A stretch of DNA of 64,000 bases from Candidatus Latescibacterota bacterium. GTDB lineage: Bacteria; Latescibacterota; UBA2968. The stretch is from the NCBI GenBank assembly GCA_965204745.1, contig OZ242010.1, positions 544,001 to 608,000 on the forward strand, written 5' to 3'. The notes beneath the pieces were generated by a model, which searched no databases, was not told the origin of the DNA, and saw nothing but the letters and a program-made list of their open reading frames with translations. How positions within the stretch are numbered: the first letter of the stretch is position 1; each line of letters opens with the position of its first letter. The translations under genes and the position numbers were made by a program. Shown here one piece after another: positions 17,746 through 27,637 of this stretch.

Positions 17746-18729
17746 TTAGGCCTCCGCATCCAACACGCGCTGAAAGGCCTCCAGATCATCCACTTGCACC
17801 GCTGCACGATGCAACCGCTTGAGCCGTTGCAAATCGTTGATAACCGCAATGCGACCGGCGAACTGACCGGCCACACCTGCATCAAAGCGAATCTCCAACG
17901 TTTCTCGGATGCTCTCTTGGATGCCTCGCTCGATGCCCTGCTCGATGCCCTGCTCGATGCCCTGCTCGATGCCCTGCTCGATGCCCTGCTCAATGCCCTG
18001 CTCGATGAACTGTTCCTTGAACTGTTCCTGGACGTGTTCCTGGATCTGTTCCTTGAGGTATTGGGCAAACGATGACTCACGCATAATCGCGTCCATAAAA
18101 CCCTCCTGTAAAAGAATCCGCGTGATGGTGGGCAGATCATAAGCCAACCCACTCAAGACCGCCAAGCTATTCAAATAATTAGCCTTTTCTGCCGGATCCA
18201 ACGAAACCGAATCGCTCCTGCGAACACACTCGCGCAACCAGTCCTCGGAAGCCATCTCCACAGGGTGCTTCATCAACGGCGCGAAAGGAAGCAAGCCCGG
18301 ATGACCACCCTCGAGGATACCTTGCCCGTCTATCTCGGTCAATCGAAGCACCTTGTAGCGCACCAGCACGGGGAAGTCGGCATGATCTTGGCGGAAAAAT
18401 CCTTCATCGCGGCGCCCGGCATCGGGACGCAGGTAGATGACAAAGGCATAGACCGGCAGGCCATAGCGTTCGATGAGGCGGAGGATATAGATCGCCATGC
18501 GAATAGCCATATTCGCGCTGTCGGTGGTTTGAAATTCGATGTGGACCAATGCTTTCTTGCCATCGATCCGCACGCGAATCACGCTATCGACCATGCGCGT
18601 TTCAATCCTCGGGAGTTCGGTGTCGAGAACTTCTTCAATTTCGACATCCTCGCGTCCGAGTGCCAAGTGGACGAGGTCTTGCGGGTAGATGTGAATCAAC
18701 TGCTTGGGAATCGTGTCGTATTCTGCCAT
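17746..18729 (-). CDS. Rpn/YhgA-like PD-(D/E)XK nuclease-fold protein with EQGI repeats
   Basis: VDSVI...HIEFQT...RMAIY motif; C-terminal (EQGI)n. Confidence 0.8.
   Translation of the reverse strand: MAEYDTIPKQLIHIYPQDLVHLALGREDVEIEEVLDTELPRIETRMVDSVIRVRIDGKKALVHIEFQTTDSANMAIRMAIYILRLIERYGLPVYAFVIYLRPDAGRRDEGFFRQDHADFPVLVRYKVLRLTEIDGQGILEGGHPGLLPFAPLMKHPVEMASEDWLRECVRRSDSVSLDPAEKANYLNSLAVLSGLAYDLPTITRILLQEGFMDAIMRESSFAQYLKEQIQEHVQEQFKEQFIEQGIEQGIEQGIEQGIEQGIEQGIERGIQESIRETLEIRFDAGVAGQFAGRIAVINDLQRLKRLHRAAVQVDDLEAFQRVLDAEA
17928..18007. repeat. 12-bp coding tandem repeat (GCTCGATGCCCT)n
   Basis: About six copies encoding EQGI. Confidence 0.9.
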
Positions 18730-18807
18730 GGGGATCCTCCTGAGATTGTTTGAACGACTTGCGGAACGAGATAAATAATCTCCAATTCCTCTCGCGATGT
18801 CAAGTGG

Positions 18808-20127
18808 TTAGGTCGCGTCGACATTTTGTTTTTTGTCGATGAGAGTGGCGATAAATTTGTCGCGTACTGTGAACAACTCCTTAAAATCACTTCCCGTCGG
18901 CACTTGAAATACGCCGAGATCGAACGCGGGCACCACCGCGAGAAGGTGGTCAAAAATATCCGCCTGAACAGCCTCGTAATCCGCCCACGCCGTGTCGTTG
19001 CAAAAAACGTAAATTTCAATCGGCAAGCCGTGTTCCCCAGGCGCCAGTTGCCGCACCATAAGCATTAGGTCCCGGTTGATTTTTGGGTGATTTTTCAAAT
19101 ACGCAACGACATAAGCCCGAAACGTGCCGATATTGGTCAGGTGCCGACCGTTCACCAGACTCGATTCATCCACCGCTCGTTCATCGTTGAATCGCGCCAG
19201 TTCTTGCTTTTTTTGCTCGAGATACGCCGCGATGTATTTAATTTTTGAAAACCGTGCGAGCATCTCCGCGTCGCAAAACGCAATCGTCTGAACATCGATC
19301 AAAATTGACCGCTTAATCTGCCGCCCGCCCGCCTCCTGCATGCCCCGCCAGTTCTTGAACGAATCGCCGATTAGGGAATACGCTGGAATCGTCGTAATCG
19401 TCTTGTTCCAATTTTGCACCTTCACCGTGGTCAATGCGATATCGATCACCTCGCCATCTGCGCCGTACTTGGGCATCTCGATCCAATCGCCCACCGCCAC
19501 CATTTTATTTGCACTCAGTTGTATGCCCGCTGCGAATCCCAAGAGCATATCCTTAAACACCAACAAAAGCACGGCTGTCAACGCGCCCAACGCGCTGAAG
19601 AAATACATGGGATTGCGATCTAACAAAATCGAGAGGATCAAAACGCCGCCGACAAAATACGTCAGCATGGTCAAGACCTGTACAAAACCCTTGCCGGGGA
19701 TTTCGCGCGAGACATCAAAGGTCTGATAAACGGACAGCGCGCCATTGAGTAATGCCCCTACGACCCGAATGCCGGTGATCGCGACAAAAATCAGCAGAAT
19801 ATCGAGCGCGAGCGCCGCGCAATAATCTCGATCTGCCGCTGTCATTTCCGCGAGTGGCAAATCGATCAAACCGTAAATGACGAATGCGGGCACGAGGGGC
19901 ATCAACCGATTGAGCACCCGAATCGCGCCAACCGCGATTTCCAAGGACGCCTGCGTTTTTGCTATCGCGTATTTCAGTGCCCGAAAGGCAACGCGCTTCA
20001 CCGCAAGATGGACGATTGCACTGAGCACCAAAATACACAGCCCAACCAACGCAGGAGCGACCCAATATTGAGCCACCCCTGGTTCCAGGCCCAAACCGAT
20101 GAGGTAGGTGTAGATGCGTTCCAGCAT
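18808..20127 (-). CDS. Mechanosensitive channel, MscS family (YbdG-like)
   Basis: GDWIEMPKYGADGEV, VKVQNWNKTITTIP, FKNWRGM and LTNIGTFR motifs. Confidence 0.93.
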   Translation of the reverse strand: MLERIYTYLIGLGLEPGVAQYWVAPALVGLCILVLSAIVHLAVKRVAFRALKYAIAKTQASLEIAVGAIRVLNRLMPLVPAFVIYGLIDLPLAEMTAADRDYCAALALDILLIFVAITGIRVVGALLNGALSVYQTFDVSREIPGKGFVQVLTMLTYFVGGVLILSILLDRNPMYFFSALGALTAVLLLVFKDMLLGFAAGIQLSANKMVAVGDWIEMPKYGADGEVIDIALTTVKVQNWNKTITTIPAYSLIGDSFKNWRGMQEAGGRQIKRSILIDVQTIAFCDAEMLARFSKIKYIAAYLEQKKQELARFNDERAVDESSLVNGRHLTNIGTFRAYVVAYLKNHPKINRDLMLMVRQLAPGEHGLPIEIYVFCNDTAWADYEAVQADIFDHLLAVVPAFDLGVFQVPTGSDFKELFTVRDKFIATLIDKKQNVDAT

Positions 20128-20144
20128 CGCGTGTGTCTCGTTGA

Positions 20145-22217
20145 TTACAAAAGTCCATTGTGGCGCAACAACGCTTCGGTGCTCGGTTCGCGCCCGCGAA
20201 ATGCGCGGTACACATCCATCGGGTGTTTGCCGCCGCCCAATGCGAGAATCGTATCTCGAAACCTGCGCCCGGTCGCTTTTACCGCGGCTTCGTCGTCCAG
20301 CCCGGCCTCTTCAAACGCGCCAAACGCATCCGCGCTCAACACCTCGGACCACTTGTAGCTGTAATACCCAGCCGCATATCCGCCGGCAAAAATATGGGAA
20401 AACGAGCACAGGAAGCGACTCTCGGGCAGCGGGGGCAACACGGCCATTTCTTCGATGACGCGGCGTTCCACCTCAAACGCGGTTTCTGTGCCTTCGGGAT
20501 CGTAAGTCGAATGTAGCAACATGTCGATCTTGCCAAAGGACAACTGTCGCATCATCAAAGACCCGGCTTGAAACGTGCGCGCGGCCGCGATTTTTTTAAA
20601 CAAATCATCCGGCAAGGGATCCCCGGTTTCCACATGCGCGGTCATCCCGATCAGCGTGGGTTTGTGATAACACCAGTTTTCCATAAACTGGCTGGCGATC
20701 TCCACGGCATCCCATTCCACGCCGCTCAACCCGGCCACGTCTGCGTAATCGACCGTGGTCAACATGCCCTGCAACCCGTGGCCAAACTCGTGGAACAGGG
20801 TCTCCACCTCTGAAAAACTCATCAGCGATGGCGTATCGCCCACAGGCGGCGTCCCATTGCACACGAGATGCACCACCGGCAAGCGCAACGCGCCATCGAG
20901 CCATTGCCGCCCCAAACAATCGTCCATCCACGCGCCCCCGCGCTTTTCCGCCGGGCGCGAATAGGGATCCAAATAAAACGACGCAACGCGCTCGCCATCG
21001 CGCAACACATTGAAAAACTGCACATCTTTGTGCCACTTGTGCGCGGCTTCGCCCTCTGCGCGCACGATCTCGATATCGAACAACCGCTCGGAGAGGGCGA
21101 ACATGCCGTCGAGCACTTTGGGCAGGGGAAAATAGGGGCGCAACTGATCGTCTGTATAGTCGAATTTTTGCTCGCGCAACCGCTCTGACCAGAACGACAC
21201 ATCCCAGTGCAGCACCGGCTCTTTTTGCCCATTCGCCTTTGCCAATGCCTGCAACGCCTCAAAATCCCGCTCGCTATGCGCCTGCGCCGCGGCTTGCAAC
21301 TCGTCGATCACGCGCTCGACAGCGGTCACGTCCGGCGCCATCTTGGCGTCTAAGCTCCAGTCCGCATACGTTTCAAATCCCAAGAGCGCGGCTTGTTCGA
21401 GTCGCAATTTTAAGGTGCGGGCGATCAGGTCGCTGTTGTCCAACTCGCCCGAAGACGCGCGTTGGACATACGCTTTGTACACCTGTTCGCGGTGGTCTCG
21501 CCCCCGATGGTGCTGCATAAAGGGGAAAAAACTCGGAAAATCCAGCGTGATGCGCCACGGGCCGTCTTCCGCTGTTGCATCGCTGCCCGCATTGGCTTGG
21601 CGATAGGACTGCGCGGTCACTTGTCGCAAACTGTTCGGCCAGCCCTCTGCGTCTTTTTTGTCGTGGATGATCAACTCGTAAGCCTTGGTCGCATCCAGTA
21701 CATGGTTGGAAAAATCCGTGCTGATCTGCGACAGGGTTTTGGCGATCTCGTTGAAGCGTTCTTTTGCCTGCCCGGTCAAGCCCACGCCCGCGTGTTCAGC
21801 CGCGCGAATTTTCAGTTCCACGCACCGCTGTTGCGCCTCGTCGAGTTTTGCCCATCCCTCGCCCTCTCGAATCGCCATCAGGCCTTCGTAAATGGGACGG
21901 CTTTGTTGCACGCGCAAGCCATAAGCCACCACGTCTTGCAACACGGCCTCGTGCGCGCGGCGCAATTCATCCGAATTTTTCACCCCCATCAAATGCCCGA
22001 CCGGCCCCCACGCATAAAAAAAGGGCAGGCTGTTCTCTTCGAGCGGCACGAGCAAGCCCTCCCACGTCGGGATCAAATTTTGCTCCAACGCCGCGACGCG
22101 CTTTTCCGCATCTGCCAACACCTGCTTCACCCCCGGCACGACGTGCTCGGGCAGAATTTCATCGTACCGCGGCAAGCCCTCTGTCACGAGCAGGGGATTG
22201 TTTGTTGCGTTACTCAT
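20145..22217 (-). CDS. prlC: Oligopeptidase A (M3 family)
   Basis: NPLL start, HEFGH zinc motif, EWDAVE, FSHIFAGGYAAGYYSYKW. Confidence 0.95.
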   Translation of the reverse strand: MSNATNNPLLVTEGLPRYDEILPEHVVPGVKQVLADAEKRVAALEQNLIPTWEGLLVPLEENSLPFFYAWGPVGHLMGVKNSDELRRAHEAVLQDVVAYGLRVQQSRPIYEGLMAIREGEGWAKLDEAQQRCVELKIRAAEHAGVGLTGQAKERFNEIAKTLSQISTDFSNHVLDATKAYELIIHDKKDAEGWPNSLRQVTAQSYRQANAGSDATAEDGPWRITLDFPSFFPFMQHHRGRDHREQVYKAYVQRASSGELDNSDLIARTLKLRLEQAALLGFETYADWSLDAKMAPDVTAVERVIDELQAAAQAHSERDFEALQALAKANGQKEPVLHWDVSFWSERLREQKFDYTDDQLRPYFPLPKVLDGMFALSERLFDIEIVRAEGEAAHKWHKDVQFFNVLRDGERVASFYLDPYSRPAEKRGGAWMDDCLGRQWLDGALRLPVVHLVCNGTPPVGDTPSLMSFSEVETLFHEFGHGLQGMLTTVDYADVAGLSGVEWDAVEIASQFMENWCYHKPTLIGMTAHVETGDPLPDDLFKKIAAARTFQAGSLMMRQLSFGKIDMLLHSTYDPEGTETAFEVERRVIEEMAVLPPLPESRFLCSFSHIFAGGYAAGYYSYKWSEVLSADAFGAFEEAGLDDEAAVKATGRRFRDTILALGGGKHPMDVYRAFRGREPSTEALLRHNGLL

Positions 22218-22231
22218 GAGACACCTCCGTT

Positions 22232-22879
22232 TCATAAGTCCTCAAAAGAAAAGACCAACTGCACCTGCAAGTCGCCGTGGGAAGTGGTGGAGACCGTCGC
22301 TACGGGGCGGGTTTTGGTGGCGATGTTGGCGGCATTGAGCGCGCTGGCAAAGCGGTTGAAGAGCAACGCGCCCGCAAAGAGAAAACCGCGCGTGCGCGCC
22401 CAAGTGGCTTTGCTCCGCAAGGTGCGAAAGTGTTCGCGGGATGCCTGCGAATCCCATTCCCAAAAATTGTCGGGCGTTTCCGGCAAGGGCATAGATGACG
22501 CGCCCTCGACGTATTGCAACCGGGCATTGTAGTCGTAAATGCTGTTGTACGCAGCCAGGCGGTCGTAATGGGAGTTGGGCCGTTTGGACGCGGTGGCACC
22601 TGCGCGGGCGGTCGCGTAGGCGCGAAACGTGTTTTCCCGCGTGGCGTTGAGTTTTTGAAACGCGAACAGGCCCGTCCAGAACGCGCCTTCGGTGAACAGG
22701 AAAAACTTGGCGGATTTGCGCCCGCCCGCGTACCGCTCGCCCAAGCCGGGCAAGAGAATGGACAACAGGGCGGCTTTTTTGGGCGATTTCGCTTCGCGCG
22801 GCCACGCGGCAGAGGGCGCGAGCAAACAGGCCATCGCACATGCGATCAAGAGGCGCGATTTGGGGATGGATAGGGTCAT
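22232..22879 (-). CDS. Hypothetical secreted/membrane protein
   Basis: Signal-like N-terminus, KSPKKAALLSILLPGLGERY motif, C-terminal beta-strand. Confidence 0.7.
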   Translation of the reverse strand: MTLSIPKSRLLIACAMACLLAPSAAWPREAKSPKKAALLSILLPGLGERYAGGRKSAKFFLFTEGAFWTGLFAFQKLNATRENTFRAYATARAGATASKRPNSHYDRLAAYNSIYDYNARLQYVEGASSMPLPETPDNFWEWDSQASREHFRTLRSKATWARTRGFLFAGALLFNRFASALNAANIATKTRPVATVSTTSHGDLQVQLVFSFEDL

Positions 22880-22947
22880 GTTTTTAGGTCGTGTTGACAT
22901 TTTATTTTTTTCGAAGCGGAGCGAGTAACGGGGGTTAGGGGGTAGGT

Positions 22948-22997
22948 CCCAATAACAAGGACAAGCACGCGATAGATTCAACGTTTAATTCGCATTG
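22948..22997 (-). mobile_element. IS982 left-end remnant
   Basis: CAATGCGAATTAAACGTTGAATCTATCGCGTGCTTGTC resembles 33590-33627. Confidence 0.7.
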
Positions 22998-23063
22998 TCA
23001 GTCCACCCCATCCCACGGTTTCGGGCGCGAGTTGAGTGGTACTCGCCATGTCGTCGCCTTTCA

Positions 23064-24044
23064 TCACTTTAATGTCAACGGCTTGCCTTCTCGCGCGGAT
23101 TGATAGACCGCTTCGAGCAGGGCGACGGTGCGGCGGCCTTCGCGGCCATCGACGGCGAGGGGCGTGCCTTTTGTGACGGCATTGACCACATCTTCCACAA
23201 TGTTGTGGACGTGATTTTCCACGCTGTCGAGCTTCTCCTGAAGCCCGTCTCCGTACGCGGTCATCTCGCCATTTAGAACATCGTGCAGCAAAACGCCACC
23301 TGTTGACCCGTGGACCTCTGCGCTGAAATACGCGCTTTGGGGAAAGGTCGTCGTGCCCAAAATCGCGCCCTTTGCCCCGCTCTCAAAATTCAGGATCGCC
23401 AGCCCGATATCCTCGGTCTCGATCTCGTGATTCACAATGTCGATCTCGCCGTACACGGACACCGGATCGCCCATGAACCAACTCAACACATCGAGCAGAT
23501 GCGCGCCCTGATTCGCGAGCGAACCGCCGCCATCCATCGCCCATGTGCCGCGCCAACCGACATCGTGCGAAAAATAATCGTCCGACCGAAACCACTTAAA
23601 ACGCACCTCGCCCAAAATCATCTTCCCCAACCAACCCGCTTGAATCGCGGTCGCCACCTTCACATTGCCATCCACGTATCGGCTTTGATAATCCACGCCG
23701 CACAACACGCCGGCATCATCACACGCCGCAATCAGCCGATCACACGCTTCAGTGCTCACGTCCATCGGCTTGGTCGTAATCACATGCTTGCCCGCCTTTG
23801 CCGCTTCAACGCCCACGGCCGCGTGCTTGCCACTCGGGGTCATCACCATCACCACATCCACATCGTCTCGCGCAAACACCTGCGCCATATCCACCGCGCA
23901 ATCCGTCTCCAACTCCCGCGCGACTTCCTCGGCCAAATCCGCGTGCAAATCGCACACCACCTTCAACTCTGCCCCCTCGGTCTCTTTGATCAACCGCGCC
24001 CTGTTGCGCCCCATGCCCAGCCCAATAACGCCAAAACCGACCAT
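23064..24044 (-). CDS. Gfo/Idh/MocA-family oxidoreductase
   Basis: GVIGLGMG, TPSGKH, AGKHVITTKP, WRGTWAMDGGG and NQGAH motifs. Confidence 0.92.
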   Translation of the reverse strand: MVGFGVIGLGMGRNRARLIKETEGAELKVVCDLHADLAEEVARELETDCAVDMAQVFARDDVDVVMVMTPSGKHAAVGVEAAKAGKHVITTKPMDVSTEACDRLIAACDDAGVLCGVDYQSRYVDGNVKVATAIQAGWLGKMILGEVRFKWFRSDDYFSHDVGWRGTWAMDGGGSLANQGAHLLDVLSWFMGDPVSVYGEIDIVNHEIETEDIGLAILNFESGAKGAILGTTTFPQSAYFSAEVHGSTGGVLLHDVLNGEMTAYGDGLQEKLDSVENHVHNIVEDVVNAVTKGTPLAVDGREGRRTVALLEAVYQSAREGKPLTLK

Positions 24045-24203
24045 CTTATCCTCCTTTTGGGACTACCCCTAACCCCCTATATCTTAGCAACCAGCAAAAC
24101 GAGCGGTCAGCACATACATTGCTTTTTCCCCACGAGAAATGGTGGGAAAACATCTCCCCTCTCCGTCTCGGGGAGGGGTCCGATTTCGTTTTAAGACAAC
24201 TCC

Positions 24204-25211
24204 TCACGCGCAATCCGGGTGGCCTTCTCGCCAGCGTCCAAACGGAACATCGGTCTGTCCGCCCTGATTGATCTTCGACATCGCCTCGCGGGTGTCCAAC
24301 CACATGCGCGTCCACACCTTTGCATCTCGCAACTCGCGCTCGGGATGTTTCCGACTGCGCGCCACAAACCCCGGAAAAGCCTCGCGTCCGGTCGGCTGAC
24401 CAATGGGATTGTAGCGCAGATCAAAACTCCAGCGAATTTTATCGCTCACATTGGGCAATGACCCGTGAACCGTGCGCTTGGGCAAAAAAATGACATCCCC
24501 CCGATTGACCGGCAACGGTATCATGCGGTCTGCTTCAAACAGGGACTCGGGGATTTGTCGCCCGCCCGCTGTTCGGGGGCCGTTGCCAAAATACGACGAG
24601 CAGTGCGTCAAAAGCCCGTGGTTGTGGCTGCCGGGCACGACCTTGAGCGGGCCTTGTTCGAGGGCGACATCTTCGAGCGCGAACCACACCGTCAGCATTT
24701 CGGTCTCGTCTGCTTCTGGCACGACCACGCCTTGATCCTGATGCCAGATCGTCTCGCCCAAAATCGGATTGCCAAACTGATTTTTGGGCAAGATATGCTC
24801 GGGCGGTTTGATCCGCACATGTTGCACCGGATTCGAGTAAATCTCCTCGCCGATGAGCGATGCCACGCAATCGAGCAACGGCTCGGCTGTGAACGCATTC
24901 AGAACCGCCTGACCCGTCCAAAACGGCGTATCGGGCTTCACATTTTGGAACGGCAGGGAAAAGTCGAAATACTGCTTGTGGACATCCCCCGTCTCGATGC
25001 AAACCGCGGTGAATCGCTCGGCAAAATCCAAGTCCTCAAACAAAGACGAAATTTCCTCGCGCGCGTACAAATCGCGCACGAGCGTGTCGAGCACCTCCGT
25101 GTACTCGTCGATCACCGGATCCAACACGGTCTCGGGATCCAACACCCCTTCCACCACCAGATAGCCTTCGTCTTCAAACTGTGCAATCTGATCGGCAGTC
25201 AGGTAACTCAT
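24204..25211 (-). CDS. Phytanoyl-CoA dioxygenase (PhyH)-family protein
   Basis: WHQD, LKVVPGSH, TVHGSLPN and RWSFDLRY motifs. Confidence 0.9.
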   Translation of the reverse strand: MSYLTADQIAQFEDEGYLVVEGVLDPETVLDPVIDEYTEVLDTLVRDLYAREEISSLFEDLDFAERFTAVCIETGDVHKQYFDFSLPFQNVKPDTPFWTGQAVLNAFTAEPLLDCVASLIGEEIYSNPVQHVRIKPPEHILPKNQFGNPILGETIWHQDQGVVVPEADETEMLTVWFALEDVALEQGPLKVVPGSHNHGLLTHCSSYFGNGPRTAGGRQIPESLFEADRMIPLPVNRGDVIFLPKRTVHGSLPNVSDKIRWSFDLRYNPIGQPTGREAFPGFVARSRKHPERELRDAKVWTRMWLDTREAMSKINQGGQTDVPFGRWREGHPDCA

Positions 25212-25397
25212 GGTGTTCCTCCTTGTGAGATGTGGCAATCAGCGTTGCGCCTATACAGCGTTTTGGGCGGCTAATTGCTTTTCAGACAGGCACGGGAGCC
25301 TGTCCCTACACACAGATCGTCTTTGAACTGGCTATCGCCACTTGTACCCCGCTCGTGCCTAACCCCCTCTTGCTTCTCCCCTCTTACTTCTCCCCTC

Positions 25398-26288
25398 TCA
25401 CGCCGTCCCCGGCACAACCACTTTCAGGGCCTTGGGCAGAATTTCAAATGCGAGTTCTTTCGGGCCTTTTGCCACTTCGCCATCGAATTGAAACCAATCG
25501 CATCGTTCGCGCACAATGCAAATTTTCTTCGCCCGAAACATCTCCACGCCGGGCATGCGGTCAAACGTGTTATTGAAAAGCCGGTAGGTATTCAACGCCA
25601 TGCGAATCCAGCCCGGATGGGTGAACACGCACACGTCGAGTTCCCCATCATCTATCGCGGCTTGGGGAGCAATTGCCGCGCCGCCGCCGTATTGCGACAT
25701 ATTGGCGATGGCGACGAACAAGGGACGGCGTTCAATCTCCGGATCGGCATTCAAGTTCAACCGCAACCTCTCAGGCCGAAACATGGGCAAGACCTGCGCG
25801 GTGAGCAGGACGTAAGGCAAAAAGCCCCGGCGTCCCGTGCGACTGGCATACCGACGGGCCACCTCTGCATCCAAGCCAATGCCGGCCGTGGCGAAAAACA
25901 GGGCATCGCCCACGCGCCCCACGTCGATCGTGCGAATCCGTGGGCGGACAAACGCCTCGCACGCCTCGCCCGGATTTAGAGACAATTTCAACTCACGCGC
26001 AAACGCATTGCCCGACCCGGCAGGCACCACGCCCAAGGGCATCTCCGTGTGGACCAACGCGCGGCCCACCTCGTTGATCGTGCCATCGCCGCCAATGGCG
26101 ACCACCAAATCATAGCCATTTTCAGACGCCTGTGCGGCCAACTGCGTGGCGTGCCCCGGATACTGCGTGTCTGCAATGACAAAATCCAGCCCGGCTTTTT
26201 CGCACGCGGCAATCGCGCACGAGCGCACGCGACGCACGCCAGCCTGCGGATTCGCAATGCCGAGCACGCGGGAAAATCGCACGTTCAT
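25398..26288 (-). CDS. Diacylglycerol/lipid kinase (YegS/BmrU family)
   Basis: NPQAG, GGDGTINEV, PAGSGNAFAR, YGGG and DGE motifs. Confidence 0.92.
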   Translation of the reverse strand: MNVRFSRVLGIANPQAGVRRVRSCAIAACEKAGLDFVIADTQYPGHATQLAAQASENGYDLVVAIGGDGTINEVGRALVHTEMPLGVVPAGSGNAFARELKLSLNPGEACEAFVRPRIRTIDVGRVGDALFFATAGIGLDAEVARRYASRTGRRGFLPYVLLTAQVLPMFRPERLRLNLNADPEIERRPLFVAIANMSQYGGGAAIAPQAAIDDGELDVCVFTHPGWIRMALNTYRLFNNTFDRMPGVEMFRAKKICIVRERCDWFQFDGEVAKGPKELAFEILPKALKVVVPGTA

Positions 26289-26878
26289 GAATGCAAAAAA
26301 TCGACCAGCACCTGGCCGATGTCCCTCAAAATTTTGGACGGGGGTTGCGACACATCGATCTGTTGCACAATCGAATTGGGATAGTGCCTCAAAACCTCAA
26401 CCGTCTGTCGGTCATAGACCTCAAACCGCTTGCGGATGATCTCTTCGCTCGCATCATCCACCCGATACGCCACGAGCGCGCGCCCGAAAAGCCGCTTGAT
26501 CAGCACCTCTCGATCCGGGCAGTCCAACAAGATGATCAATTTGACATTCAAACTCTCATCGGCCATTTGCGCTTGGGTAAGGGTGCGCGGAAGGCCATCC
26601 AAAACCAAGGTGTGTTGCTGTGGCTTAAACGTGCCAAACTCGACCAGACGCTGCATGTGATCGCGCCACAGGGACACGACAAACTCATCGGGCACCAACT
26701 CGCCCCTGCGGATGCTCGCCAACGCCATTTCCCCCGGTTGGCTGTTGAGGTCCAGTGCCCTGAGCATATCGCCACTGGAAAAGTGAAACAAGTCCGGAAT
26801 TTGTTTCAATACGCTTCCCCAGGTGCCTTTTCCCGCGCCAGGGGGGCCGAACAACAAGACGGTTTCATACATCGACAT
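26285..26878 (-). CDS. Adenylate kinase-like nucleoside monophosphate kinase
   Basis: GPPGAGKGT, SSGDMLR, GELVPD and LDGLPRT motifs; short LID. Confidence 0.88.
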   Translation of the reverse strand: MSMYETVLLFGPPGAGKGTWGSVLKQIPDLFHFSSGDMLRALDLNSQPGEMALASIRRGELVPDEFVVSLWRDHMQRLVEFGTFKPQQHTLVLDGLPRTLTQAQMADESLNVKLIILLDCPDREVLIKRLFGRALVAYRVDDASEEIIRKRFEVYDRQTVEVLRHYPNSIVQQIDVSQPPSKILRDIGQVLVDFLHS

Positions 26879-26960
26879 AACTCCCGCGTTTGTATTTTGA
26901 CAGAATGGAACTGCGATGGTATTTTAGCGATCAGATCGCCGCTAGAGGCGGGGGCCTTCT

Positions 26961-27027
26961 CCCCTCTTGCCTCTTGCGTCTTACGCCTTACCTCTTACTT
27001 CTCACCTCTCACCGCTTCCCGCTTCCC
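26961..27027. repeat. Degenerate heptamer array (TCTYRCS)n
   Basis: cctcttg cctcttg cgtctta cgcctta cctctta...; same family at about 25365, 30184-30275, 36206, 37305, 42234, 43850 and 58676. Confidence 0.85.
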
Positions 27028-27039
27028 AAGGAGAAAACC

Positions 27040-27633
27040 ATGAACCTCGATCCCACCGCTATTTCAATGAAAAAAAACGGCGACAAAATCGAAGCCATCA
27101 TCCGAGGCGAAACAGAGCGCGTTGATCGCGTCGCGCGTGCGTTTCCCAGAACCAACCCGGATCACTTCGTCAGTTTGCTCGATGACGTGGGGCACGAAAT
27201 CGGCATCATCGAAAATCCCAGCGAACTCGACCCGGGGTCGCGCGAGGTGCTCGAAGCCGAACTCAAAGCCATCTACTTTGTCCCGACCATCAGCGCGATT
27301 CGCTCGGTCGTTTCCAAAGGCACGGGCAGCGAGTGGACTGTCGATACCGACGATGGGGAATACACCTTCCGCATTATGGGACGGGACGCGCTCAAGGGCG
27401 ACGAACCGCCAACCCTGGAAATCACGGACGAACACGGCAAGCGATACAAAATCGACAATTACTGGGAACTCGACGCCCAAAGCCGGGACCTCACCTCTGA
27501 CCTGTTGCCAGACAAAATCCTCAAAGCGCGCTATTACATGCGGTCGATGAGCACGAGTGGCAGAAGTAGCAGTAGCCGCAGCAGTTCGCGGGGTTCGTCC
27601 GGCGGATCGAGCTCGATGATGGGCATCCGCTGA
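27040..27633 (+). CDS. DUF1854-like protein with a Ser-rich tail
   Basis: RAFPRTNPDHFVSLLDDVGHEIGII...YFVPTI...WTVDTDDG pattern; AGGAG RBS. Confidence 0.7.
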   Translation: MNLDPTAISMKKNGDKIEAIIRGETERVDRVARAFPRTNPDHFVSLLDDVGHEIGIIENPSELDPGSREVLEAELKAIYFVPTISAIRSVVSKGTGSEWTVDTDDGEYTFRIMGRDALKGDEPPTLEITDEHGKRYKIDNYWELDAQSRDLTSDLLPDKILKARYYMRSMSTSGRSSSSRSSSRGSSGGSSSMMGIR

Positions 27634-27637
27634 CTCC

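Noticed and set aside
17701-18152. Repetitive ORFs (LLDA, SSRA and MPCS repeats)
   Set aside because: Alternative-frame readings of the 12-bp EQGI repeat in the Rpn-like gene.
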